A DNA stretch of 64,000 nucleotides, taken from assembly GCF_018350175.1 (NCBI RefSeq), contig NC_058368.1, forward strand, positions 221,962,001 to 222,026,000, written 5' to 3'. The notes beneath the pieces are model-generated. The model was not told the origin of the DNA and did not search any database. It worked only from the letters and a program-made list of their open reading frames with translations. Every line of letters starts with the position of its first letter. Position 1 is the stretch's first letter. This DNA comes from Felis catus. Taxonomy: Eukaryota. Position numbers and translations under genes: made by a program. This document shows, piece after piece, positions 11,928-23,600 of the stretch.

Positions 11928-13157
11928 CGCCAAAGCTATTATTTTAAACAAATTACTAAATTTGATTAAAAAATACCTGGCTTGTAGAAAAAGTGATGAA
12001 AATATAGTCTACTAAATATCTAAGAAATAGTGGGTATTAAGGTAATATATTGAACAACTTTATGCTACCAAAGCGAAAACATTTAGAAGAAATTGGCAAT
12101 GTCTTAAAAGACACAAATGATTAAAACTGATCTAAGAAGAAATAGAAAATCTTAATAGTCCTACTTCTTGAAAAAAGACATAATTGTTACTTAAAAACTT
12201 TTCTATAAATAAAAGTGCAAGCCTACATAAATATACTGGTAAATTCAATTAAATATTAAGGAATGAATAATATAAATCCTATTTGAGAAAACATAGTAAA
12301 TGTTTTTTATTTCATTTAATGAAAATGAGGCAATTTCATTTAATGAGGCAAAAATTACCATGATACCTAACTCAGAAAAAGTACTAAAAATATATCCTTT
12401 GTATAGTAAATATGTATCTATTTCCACAATGGAAAGATATAAACATTGATGCTTGAATAGATGAAAATACATAGATACAAAAATCTTTAGCAAAATATTA
12501 GCCAGCAGCAACTAAAATATATAAAGAATTAATTTATTTTAACCAAGTGGTGTTTCACTGGTATACAATATTGTGTCAATATTAGAACATCAATAAATGT
12601 AATTCACCACAATACTAGAAGTCCTAAAATGTGTATTAGGACATGAAAAATTGAAAAGCATGTAGATTAAAAGTGAGGCAGTAAAACGCAATTTTCACTT
12701 GACAAGACTCATTATGGAGAAAATCCAAGGAATCTATAAAAATATTAATAATTAGACAATTTCATAGGCTTATAGGAAACATGATCAACATGCAAAACTA
12801 ATTGTATTATATTTCTATATAGTAGAAAGAACTAGAATATGTAATAAAGTATAATTTAGAACAATATTCAATACATAAAATACATAGAGATACAATTAAT
12901 ATAACATTAATTGTTATTAATGTTTTAATTAATTTATTTATATAATAAATTATAAATTTATAAATTTATAAATTAGCCTTGAAACTGAACACTCCCTCAG
13001 AGTCCTGAGAGAAATACAAGAAAATGTAAAAAAAAAATGGTCCTATACAATTTTCACTGAATTTAAGATTTAATATTGTTAATCTGTAGATTTATGAATC
13101 TGGGACTGGAATCCCCTGAATTTTTCATGCAGATTACCAAGATGATTCTAAAATTTA

Positions 13158-13356
13158 GGGGTGCCTGGGTGGCTCAGTAGGTTAAGCATCTGACTTCAGC
13201 TCAGGTCATGATCTTGTGGTTTCTGAGTTGGAGCCCCCCATTGGTCTCTGTGTTGATAACTCGGAGCATGGAGCCTGCTTCAGATTTTGTGACTCCCTCT
13301 CTCTGCCCCTCCCTTGCTTGCACTCTGTCTCTTTCTCTCAAAAATAAATAAAACAT
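13158..13356 (+). mobile_element. CanSINE
   Basis: TSD taaaattta 13149-13157/13357-13365. Confidence 0.95.
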
Positions 13357-13559
13357 TAAAATTTATATGAGAATTCAAAGACTAAGAACCAAAACAATGA
13401 GCAGGAAGAAGAGGATTAGATGACTTTTATTATTTATTGCAAGTCTTACAGTAAAGTTACAATAAAAAGATAGGGTGGTATATCTGTTAGGACAGACATA
13501 GAAATAAATGGAACCGTATAGGGAGACCAGGAATAAGTCCACAGATATTTGATCAATTG

Positions 13560-13658
13560 ATTTTTTCAAGTAAGCTCTAGGCCCAATGTGGGGCTCAAAA
13601 CCCACAACCTGGAGATCAAGAGTCCCATGCTCCACCAACTGAGCCAACCAGTCACCCC
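13560..13658 (-). mobile_element. Short old-type CanSINE (tRNA-like, no CT tract)
   Basis: gtggggctcaaaacccacaacctggagatcaagagtcccatgctccaccaactgagcca. Confidence 0.88.
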
Positions 13659-16600
13659 AATAATTTGAATTTTAGTAAAGATGCCAGGCAGGCCAATGGG
13701 GGAAAGGAATGTCTTTGCCAAAAATGATGTTGGGACAACTGTTTTTGGAAAAAAAAATTAGCCTTGAAATTCATGATGAACACAGAATTACTGAAAAGGA
13801 CTCATAGACTAAAATCTAAATGTTACAATTATAAAACTCTGGGTGGAAAAAAAAAACAAAAAAAGAGAAATTCCTTGAGACTTTGGAATATGCAAAGATT
13901 TCTTATACAGTTATTACAAACATAAAAGAAAAAGATAAACTTTATTAAAGTCATATGTAAAGTATACTAAAAGGTGATTTTTAAAAAAGGAGCCATTGAT
14001 ATTACTGAAAATTACTGGAGAAAAATATATGGACAGTACAACTGAAGAATCCAAATAGGAAAATGACGATGTATCCTTGTCAGAAGTTCTGGAACAAAGC
14101 GTGTATTACAAAGACAACCACCCAATCGGAAAAGTAAGCAAATCAATGAGATTGAGGGAAGAAATTTGAAAAGCCTTTAAAATTAATGAGATAAAAACAA
14201 TGCAGGACATTGGCATAGTGTTAGCAGCAATTTCATATTATGTTTAGTTTGCTTAAAAACAAAACAAAACAAAACTTACATATGTGAATAATTTATGGAA
14301 CAGATCCATCAAAGAATTTTGCTTATAAAGAAGTAAGGTATGACCTGATTAATAACTTTTCCTAAAGATTAAGTCTTGAGCAAAATTAGCTTAACTCTAA
14401 ACAAAATGGATTAGCGATAGAGCTGGTAATGAACCATTTTTAGTTCAACATCGTTTATAATTCAAATTATCCTACCATTTGTGACCAATGGGCCCATGAG
14501 TGACTCTCTCAGAGAGATAACAGCAAAGTTTGATTAACAAAATTAACAAGACAGTTTTGCTAAGGTTTCTGTGTAAGGCACTGAAGCATTGATAAACTTG
14601 CTTAATAGAATATGCACAAAAGAGAATGAAAATTACTTCCTATTCTTGATTATTTTTGAGCCCATTGAAACATGGGACTAACATGGAGGTTAGCCCTTCT
14701 TAGTGAATCAAGACAGTTTACATGTTCAAGACTTGAAATACTTCCTTGAATTTTAAAGATTATTTGGCAATATTTTCAGGGGTAAGATTTCCTAATAAGT
14801 AGACTGAAATACCCTCAAAGAATTTCTGTTTTCCTTATGTGACTTTGGACATGAATATTCCAGGCTATAATAAAGAAATCGGTAATGATTAGGAATACTT
14901 GACGAAATTATTTATAACAGTGATAAGTTTTATTGGAGTCCAAAAATAAGTCTAAACTAAGCAAAGTTAATATTTTTATTTCTCATAAGGAACATTTTGG
15001 TGACAAATTGTGCTTATGAACATATGTCCTTCTTATAGCCATGTAAGGAGTAGTAGCACAGTGGCATTTCAAATGATTCATTATATGCTAGCATAAATTT
15101 GCACAGGGAGTTTTTGCAGGTGTATATCCTCTGGAAAGTGTGCTAAAGTAAATCTCCACATGGTCCTTCTCACCCACATCCACTTATTTCCATTAATGAC
15201 AATCTGTACCCAATTTGTGGACAACATATTGTTCATAAAGTCAGATTCATGTCCAGCAGCAGATGAATATATATAGGCTGATTTTCCTTTTACTTTGGTG
15301 CAAAATCAGAGCAGATGGGTATGAACGAAAATGTTTCTCTGCTTAGCTAGAATAGAAGGTTCATAATGGTATTTTCAAATATTGAGATAAGTAAATTACA
15401 ATTGGAATCTCATGCTTTATGCATCTTCTGTTAAACTAAATCCATCAATTTATCTTAAAGATTGACATTGTTATCTATGAAAAACCTTTTTTTCAGTTAT
15501 GATGTTTACCAATTATCTTTAAACAGTAAGAAGAGATTGTAATACAGATGTCATAGTAACAACAAAACATAAATCTTGTCCCTATAAAATAGTATGGAAA
15601 TGAGGACTATTTCAAAAACCACTTTCCTGGGTTGAAATTAAATATCAGTAGGTTGGAGATACTCTTATTTTATTTTTTCAATTTAATTTATGTTGAATTT
15701 TTGTGGTTACTTTTTATAAAGAATATAAATCTTAATAGTATTTTTCGTGAGTTCTTTAAAGTGAAGAAGCATTATTTTTTTCTTACTAACAACTTAATCT
15801 GAATGTCAGAAACTCAAACAAATGCAGAAGTTTTAAAATATTTGCTAAGGTTTAATTAAAATTATATTTTACATTAGAATACTGCTATGAAAATTCCATA
15901 TGATTGAAAATAGCTATAAGCATAAATATGTTATATCTGAAAAGTGAATCAATTTTCCATCCACTAATATTTATGTATTTTGTTATATGAGTAAGTTTAC
16001 ATGTAGAAATTCATAGATAAAATCAGAAAAAAATAGGCTAATGTGTTGATAATGACTTTTTAAGTAAATTAAGCTTAAGAATTTAGGATAATATCTGCCA
16101 AGAATGTTGAATTTTATTTGCATGCACTTCTTATTTATATCTTTGTTCCTAAAATATATTTCAAGTTGCTTTCTATCATTACATAATAATAATAGCCAAA
16201 AAACAACAGAAGTATTAATAGTTATTGTTACAATGTAGTAAGCATATATCATCCAATAACACCAAATATTTATTTACTATTTCAGCCTCACAATAAACAA
16301 ATGATGCAGTTAGTATAATTATCCATTCTTTCCTCAGGACCATAGATACTTAGTGATGACCCTAGCATTAGGCAGCTCGACATCGTCACTTTTAAAACAA
16401 ATATATACTATACATGTGTGTAATCAGGTGCCATTTACGTAAGTACTAGGAAGTTTCAGCTTATCCTAAGTACTGCACTGTGCCTTAACATTGCCAGGTA
16501 CCAAACATAATTGCTAATTTTCATGCAACGATCCTATTTCTATTAATTCAGCTCCTCAAAATTATAAAATGCATTATGTTTAGAATGACACTTCTCCTCT

Positions 16601-17984
16601 ATCCCTCTATAGATCAGTCAGCTTTGACCCAAAGAATGTACTCACCTGCTCCTTTTCTTTACCCGACCCTTTCTTTGTCTACAGATTCCTAAGCTCTGCA
16701 TGTCTTGGAGTTTCCTCTATCTTTTGCTTCATCACCAACACAGTTTTTCTCTGTGTATTCAGTTATAAGTTTGCATGTAACTATTCTCAGAGTGTGCTTA
16801 GTAAACCAGTCCACCAGAAAACGTCCATAAGTGGTCATCTATGGTGTGAATATATATTAATATACATTGCTGTAATTAGGCTACCTTATTTGGGGAATAA
16901 AACGCATCTCTGAAATAAGCATTTTACCAGTTAGTTCTGTTCAGTGTAATTCTATGGAGGTTGTCAGATCTGGGACAAATGTAATATATTGGCTCTTCTG
17001 TGCATTTTATACCAGCCACTGGAGGTCGTTCTCTAACTGTAGCCTCAGTGGCTTATGTTCTTTTCAAGAGAAAATCCAGACTTTAAGTCCCATTGCTGCA
17101 GACGCTGATTTGTAAAAGTATTCTGAGACTGTACAGAAGAGACAAAGGCAATACAAAATACAACTCCCACTCTATGTTTCTATATTTCTTTTTTATTCCC
17201 CTTGGAATTGCATTTGCAGAATTTCTTGGCTGGATGCCAGTCCTATCCTAAGACACTTTAGAGTGCTCTTGACAATGCTGTTCATTCATTATATGAATAC
17301 AAAAACAGTGAGCAAAGGAAGACTGAAACTTAGCTCACTGATAATTGCTTCTTTATTTTCCTGAATGTTTCTTTGCAAGCATAGCCAAATTTAACATCCT
17401 GGTTTCTCTTTAGCTGGTGAGAGTCTAAATCTTCCCTGAACAGTATCTTTCTAGTGGATATAGGGTATGTCCACTTTGCCAGCTTGACCCCATACTTTCA
17501 GCGTGGCTATGCATGGATATTTTAGTTTTGATGTTTTTGTTGTGATGATTTTTACTCTTGCTTTATGAAATCAAATATTTCTATTATTTTGTATAGATTT
17601 GATGATTCTTCATAGAAAATATACTTTTTGGAGAAAACTCCATTGCATCAGTTTAATGGTTCCATCTATTATTAGTACATTGTATTTAAACTATTACTAT
17701 TTAATTGTCCTATTTCATTTATATTTTGAATATAAGTATTTTCATCAGGATATTGAAACTTTTACAACTATTATTTGATTCACTTATTTGCTTTATACCA
17801 TCTGAAATTTTGGCAATTATACTTAATTGTGATGGGTTTGCTATCCTGGATGTTATGATATCAGGGCTAATTGTCACAGGTTAAAAACATTGGCAGATTT
17901 ATAATTCAAAAATATGTTTTATTCTAGCATTATTTTTGAATAATCACTCTTGTTTTCAAATGTTATTTTAAGTAATTTTACTTG

Positions 17985-18112
17985 TGTGTGTGTGTGTGTA
18001 TGTGGTTATAACATTTAAGATCTATTCTTTCAGCAACTTTCAGGTATATAATGCAGTATTATTAACTGTAATGACCATGCTGAATATTAGATCCCCAGAA
18101 CTTATCAATCTC
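17985..18112 (-). mobile_element. L1 3' UTR fragment
   Basis: acatttaagatctattctttcagcaactttcaggtatataatgcagtattattaactgta..agatccccagaacttat. Confidence 0.8.
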
Positions 18113-18436
18113 ATTGGCTATTTTCATATTTGTAGTTCCTATTTGGAAAAAAATGCTTCTCAGTGACTTGAATAAGAAAAACATGTTGTAATTATATACC
18201 ATCACTATGTGTAATTTCTGCCCAAGTGGAAGTGATTAAAAATAGAACACTTCTTTCCTTGGAAACCATCCTCATATTTGCTTCCCTGGATGGAGGATGT
18301 CTTTTACTTGAGTACCATGACTCAAATCTATGGGTATATGATGTTCCTTGAATTTACGAGTCTTCTATTTAATATAGAGTTCTCTTCTTATTAACCAGTC
18401 CCCTCATTATTCCAATCCCCTGTGATCATTAAACTT

Positions 18437-18458
18437 AAAAAAATAATGTTTATTTATT

Positions 18459-18509
<51 letters not shown>

Positions 18510-18682
18510 ACACGAGTGAGGTGGTGGGGGTGCAAAGAAAGAGGGAGACACAGAATCTGAACCAGGCTCCAGGCTCTGCACTATCAGCACAGAGCCCGAT
18601 GGGGGGCTCGAACTTGTGAGCCCCGAGATCATGACCTGAGCTGAAGTTGGACACTCCACTGACTGAGCCCCCCAGGCGCCCC
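18437..18682 (-). mobile_element. CanSINE
   Basis: (GA)n; TSD taaactt 18430-36/18683-89. Confidence 0.96.
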
Positions 18683-19759
18683 TAAACTTTTTACATAAAT
18701 CTCTTCCTATGCAAATTATCCTGTTATTTCACTCTCCTCATTGGACCTTTATTGCTACAATAGAATATCATGATTTATTGAAAGTAAGAACTTAGAATTC
18801 GTGGCAATATTGAATGGTGGGCAGTTGATACAGAGATAAGTCATGTCCATATACAGCTGCTAACAATTCCTTCTAATCTATGTGCACATACTACTGCTCA
18901 CATACGGGATAAATCTATTCATATTCCCCAAGTTTGGACCAGAACTGATGGATAATATGTGACAGCAGGGATGCTTTATCGTGGGACCCAGTAGGCATGC
19001 CGTATGGCAGTCATGCTAGGCTGCTGAATAAATAAAGACCATGTGGAAAGTGTTCTGGAAAATAAAAGAGCTGAATGCAGCTTTGTGGAGACCCTGAGAC
19101 TACCAGAATAACAGCATAGCTGAGCCTGGGAAAACTCACAGAATTGTGAGTAATAATAAATTGCAGTTTTTGGATTGGTTTGGGAAGGAGAAACAAAGAA
19201 CTAAATCAGCAGTTTGGGAACCACGGTTACACTTCGATAGTGTATTGTTAGAGGCCTGAGTAGGCCGGGATACATCAGCCAGGCTTCTCACAGCTCTGAC
19301 CCTTATTTATCTCTCTTCTTCAAAGAACTTTTGTCTCAGGCAGACTTTGTTTAAAAGTCCTATATAAACGTTCAGAACCCTACAATAATTCTTATTACTC
19401 ACCTGGTTCACCTGGTAATACCAGTAATTAGTGGAAACATGGTGTCTCTTTCTTGTAGGCATGGCAGGTGTCATGGTAACCTGGTGATTATAAAATTAAA
19501 CAAGATACACAGATAAGCTGCACAGAGATAAATTAGATACTTTGGAAGACGTCGGTGCAAATGACCTGATCCTGCAATACAACTTCCTAATAGATTAGAT
19601 ATATGTGGATGATAAAGCACATAGAAAAATAGGTAGATTACAATGCCCCAACTTGTGAGTGTGTAAGTAATGATGCCCTACCTGTGGAAAATGTTTAAGA
19701 TGAAAGTTCAGGAAACCAGTGAAGAGAATCTTCATGTTTAAATTAATCACTTCGATCAT

Positions 19760-19968
19760 ATTTAAAAAAAAAAACAACTTTTTTAACGTTTATTTTTTTT
19801 TGAGAGACAGATTGTGAACAGGGGAGGGGCAAAGAGAGAGGGAGACACAGAATCTGATGCACGCTTCAGTCTCTGAGTTGTCAACACAGAGCACTGCGCG
19901 GGGCTCAGACCCACCAACTGCGATCATAACCTGAGCCGAGGCTTAACTGATTGAGCCACCCAGGCGCT
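19760..19968 (-). mobile_element. CanSINE
   Basis: TSD actt(c/t)gatca 19749-58/19971-80. Confidence 0.95.
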
Positions 19969-20358
19969 ATACTTTGATCAGATTAAACACTTGACAAGAT
20001 GACTTCTCTCTATTTGAAGTTTAAGTAAACTTGCTTTTTTAATTATTTTTTTTAAACACATTATACCTCGCTGGCAACTTTTAACCCAAGATGGGCAAAA
20101 GCTGAAGTTGATAGAATGAGTAATGAAGAGTTCGCTCAACCAAAACGACAATGACCTACTGTAGGTGGAGACAAATGTCTTCTCAGGGCTCATTAATGTT
20201 GGAACTCCAAGAGTCCAAGGTCTTGATTAGTTGACGTGATCACTTCTGTTTGAAGCTGCTGCAGGAGTCGAGTTTCTCGCAATGGCGGCCGTGGCAACAT
20301 TGGCAAGAAGCCCTTCCAAACACAAGAGGCCAAATAGAGGAAAACAAAAGAAACAAGT

Positions 20359-20831
20359 TGCTATGAATTGAATTGTGTTCATCAAAAAAAGATATTTTGA
20401 ATTTCCCAATACCTTAGAATACTTAGCATATGACCTTATTTGGAAATAAGGTCGTTGCAAACATAATTAATAAAATTAAGAGGAGATCATTCTACCAGTT
20501 GGATGGACTCTTAATTCCGTAAAACAGGTGTCTTTATGAGAATATGATCAGATAAGGCTGAAACACAGGAAAGTGCCATGTGAATGAAGTCTGAGAATTG
20601 GAGCAGTATATCTGAAAAGCAAGTAACAGCAGAAATTCCTGGCAGACCGCCAGGAGCCAGAAGAGGCAAGGAAGAATTTTCGTACAGATTCCAAGGGAGC
20701 ACGGCACTGCAGGCACCATGATTTTAGACTTCTAGTATCTAGAACCGTGAACCAATAAATATCTCTTGTTTTAAGCCATGTTGTATGTGGTACTTCACTA
20801 CTGCCCCCCTCCCCCCAGGGAATTAGTAACA
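20359..20831 (+). mobile_element. MLT1 (B/C-like) solo LTR inserted in the ERV-L
   Basis: tgctatgaattgaattgtg...gaccttatttggaaataaggtcgttgca...aataaatatctcttgttttaagcca...taaca. Confidence 0.88.
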
Positions 20832-20976
20832 AAGGTCAATTGCTACCTGTTGACAATACCAACAATGGAATTGTTTCAGTGCTTCTCATTGGATTTATTC
20901 CTTTATTCCTGCAGATCCATGACCTAAATTCTCTTAGTAGAGATCATGAATTCTATGCCTAAATCCAAATGTTTCT

Positions 20977-21053
20977 TTCTTTTCTAAAAAAATTTTTAAT
21001 GTTTATTTATTTTTGAGAGAGAGACACACACAGAGCCCAAGCAGGGAAAGGAC

Positions 21054-21097
<44 letters not shown>

Positions 21098-21219
21098 ATC
21101 TGAAGTAGGTTCCAGGCTCTGAGCTGTCAGCACAGACATGACGTGGGGCTCGAACCCATGAACTGTAAGATCATGACCTGAGCCGAAGTCCAACGCTCAA
21201 CTGAGGTACCAGATGCCCC
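20977..21219 (-). mobile_element. CanSINE
   Basis: 16-bp TSD aaatccaaatgtttct 20961-76/21220-35. Confidence 0.96.
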
Positions 21220-21729
21220 AAATCCAAATGTTTCTGATGAGTATTGACCTTCAAAAAATATCGGGGAGTTTAGGGAACCAGATTACTATTAATGATGAGG
21301 GATATTGAAGAGATAGAGTCTGAGACATCTGAACTTTGCTAAGGGTCCATATTGGACATAGATAACCAAGTGATTTTCTGTAGAGGATTTCACATTCTTT
21401 CAGCTGTTAATGGGATTGGTTTGTTGTGATTCTAGGGGAGAAAAAGGGTTCTTACTTGAAAGGATGCAGAGAAGCAGTGCAGGGACTTCTTTGCACGTGC
21501 AAAATGTCAGTCCTCAAAGTATTCCTGCCACAATAAAATCATAAATATTAAATCATTAGTGCCATATTTTAGAGCAGATAAGTAGCATTTTAATTCTAAT
21601 ATAGAAATCATAAGTGTAGGTTATGCCCAATGGCAACATCATTCCAATGTTGACCTCAATTTGGCTGTTACAAACATCAGATGAGTTGTGGCCATTATGT
21701 ACGGAATATAATTAGAGTTAAAGGTTTTT

Positions 21730-21935
21730 TAAAACATTTTTTAAATGTTTATTTATTTATTTTGAGAGAGAGAGAGAGAGAGAGGTACATAGACAAAGAG
21801 AGAGAGAATACCAGGCAGGCTCTGTGTTGTCAGAGCTAAACCCGATCTGGGTTCCCATCCAGCACACTGTGAGATCATGACCTGAGCTGAAACCAAGAGT
21901 TGGATGCTTAACTGACTGAACCACCCAGGCGCCCC
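21730..21935 (-). mobile_element. CanSINE
   Basis: Antisense body ending ccacccaggcgcccc. Confidence 0.94.
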
Positions 21936-21956
21936 TGATTTAAAGATTTTTAAAAG

Positions 21957-22178
21957 GGGGCACCTGGGTGGCTCAGTGGGTTAAGCGTCTGACTTCAGCT
22001 CAGGCCATGATCTCATGGTTAGTGGGTTTGAGACCCACGTTGGGCTCTGTGCTGACGGCTCAGAGTCTGGAGCCTGCTTTGGATTCTGTGTCTCCCTCTC
22101 TCTCTGCCCCTCCCCCACTTGCACTCTGTCTCTCTCTGTCTCTTGAAAATAAATAAATGTTAAAAAATTTTTTAAAAA
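21957..22178 (+). mobile_element. CanSINE
   Basis: ggggcacctgggtggctcagtgggttaagcg...aaataaataaatgttaaaa. Confidence 0.96.
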
Positions 22179-22812
22179 AATTTAAAAAGATGGTAGTAAT
22201 TAGATAAGAACTGTCACCACATTTTTACATGGAAAGATGATTCTTAATTACATCTGATTGGTATGCAGTCATTGATTTGGCTTATGTGATCTTATGCATC
22301 TCTGTTAATGCTGGATATCAAGAGAAATTTCCTTTTTCTTGCAGGGCCAGCAGTTTGATTTACTGTTCGTTCAGCCAACTGGGTATTTAAATAATCTGGC
22401 ACGATATCATAATTGAGTAAGGTGGGCTTTAAACAGGTGGTCTAAACCTAATTCAAATGCTAAAGTTACTCATTTTATTGAGGCCATATTAACTGATAGT
22501 AATTGCTAAATAAGTGTGTTTGAGACCCCGTCTTTCCTTCTTTATTTTGTTGGAGAAAAGTATGAGATATTAAGTAGAAAATAAGTTGTGGGCCCTCCCA
22601 AACAATATAGCCCTAGTGACCCAGGCCAAATGCACTCCAGATCTGACAAAATCTTTTATTTTTTTGTCCCCTAAGCATTTTAATAATGCTTAAAAAACAA
22701 TTTGTTTATTTTATTTCTCAACAGGGCATATCTCACATCTAATGTGATTGTTTCTTTCATCATACGAATAAAATGTGTAAAAAGAAATGTATTTTTTAAG
22801 GTTTATTTATTT

Positions 22813-23029
22813 AAAAATTTTTTTCTATAACGTTTATTTATTTTTGAGACAGAGAGAGAGAATAAACGGGGGAGGGGCAGAGAGAGAGAGGAAGACACAG
22901 AATTGGAAGCAGGCTCCAGGCTCTGAGCTGTCAGCACAGAGCCCGATGCGGGGCTCGAACTCACAGACTGCAAGATCATGACCTGAGCCGAAGTCGAACG
23001 CTTAACCGACTGAGCCACCCAGGAGCCCC
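22813..23029 (-). mobile_element. CanSINE nested in tail of an older SINE
   Basis: TSD aaggtttatttattt 22798-22812/23030-23044. Confidence 0.96.
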
Positions 23030-23220
23030 AAGGTTTATTTATTTTTGAAGTAGAGAGCCAATGAGGGAGGCACACAGAGAGAGGAAGACACAGAATCTAA
23101 AGGAGGCTCCATGCTGAAAGCAGAGAACCCAGTGTGCGGCTCGAACTCATGAACTGTGAGATATAACCCAAGCTGAAATCAAGAGTCAGACACTTCACTG
23201 ACTGAGACACTTAGGTGCCC
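23030..23220 (-). mobile_element. CanSINE (older host copy)
   Basis: Antisense body ending ttaggtgccc. Confidence 0.92.
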
Positions 23221-23287
23221 AGAAACATAAGTCTTGAACAATGTGGTGTCAAAGTCCACAAGCATGTGTTCCATCTTCTGGCCTCAT

Positions 23288-23600
23288 GTATCCACTTATT
23301 CAATGGATACTAGACACTGAATACTGTTCTAGAAACCAATGTCATAATCACAATTGCAATATCCTCGAGGCGATTATATTCTAAGCAAAGACAAACAATA
23401 CATTTTTTAAAAGTATAAATACATCATTAACAGATGTTAATAAATACTAGAGGGAAAAATTAAGCACAGTAATGAATTAGAGAGTAATAGAATAGAGATA
23501 CTTTTTAAAATACATAGGGTGGTCAGGAATGGTCGCACCATCAAGGTTATACTTAAGGGAGATATTGCAGTAGCCAGAGAGGCTATACTGAAGAGAATGG
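23288..23600 (-). mobile_element. L2 3' fragment
   Basis: tagacactgaatactgttctag..atcctcgaggcgattatattcta..atagggtggtcaggaatgg resembles antisense L2 3' end. Confidence 0.6.

Larger units (their letters stand above)
11405..14130 (+). mobile_element. Decayed old L1 ORF2 segment (sense), with three SINE insertions
   Basis: Ordered L1 ORF2 hallmarks: gaacaactttatgctacc, aaactgatctaagaagaaatagaaaatcttaatag, atagatacaaaaatctttagcaaaatattagc, caagatgattctaaaattta, aaatgatgttgggacaactg. Confidence 0.8.

Noticed and set aside
13560..13658. tRNA-Lys-like sequence (also 28443-28581, 49734-49840)
   Set aside because: Has an A-rich tail and mutated stems; these are short old CanSINEs, not tRNA genes.
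20260..20350. CpG-containing ATGGCGGCC start resembling a processed pseudogene 5' end
   Set aside because: The frame ends after ~29 codons, there is no homology I recognise, and it lies inside the ERV gag region.
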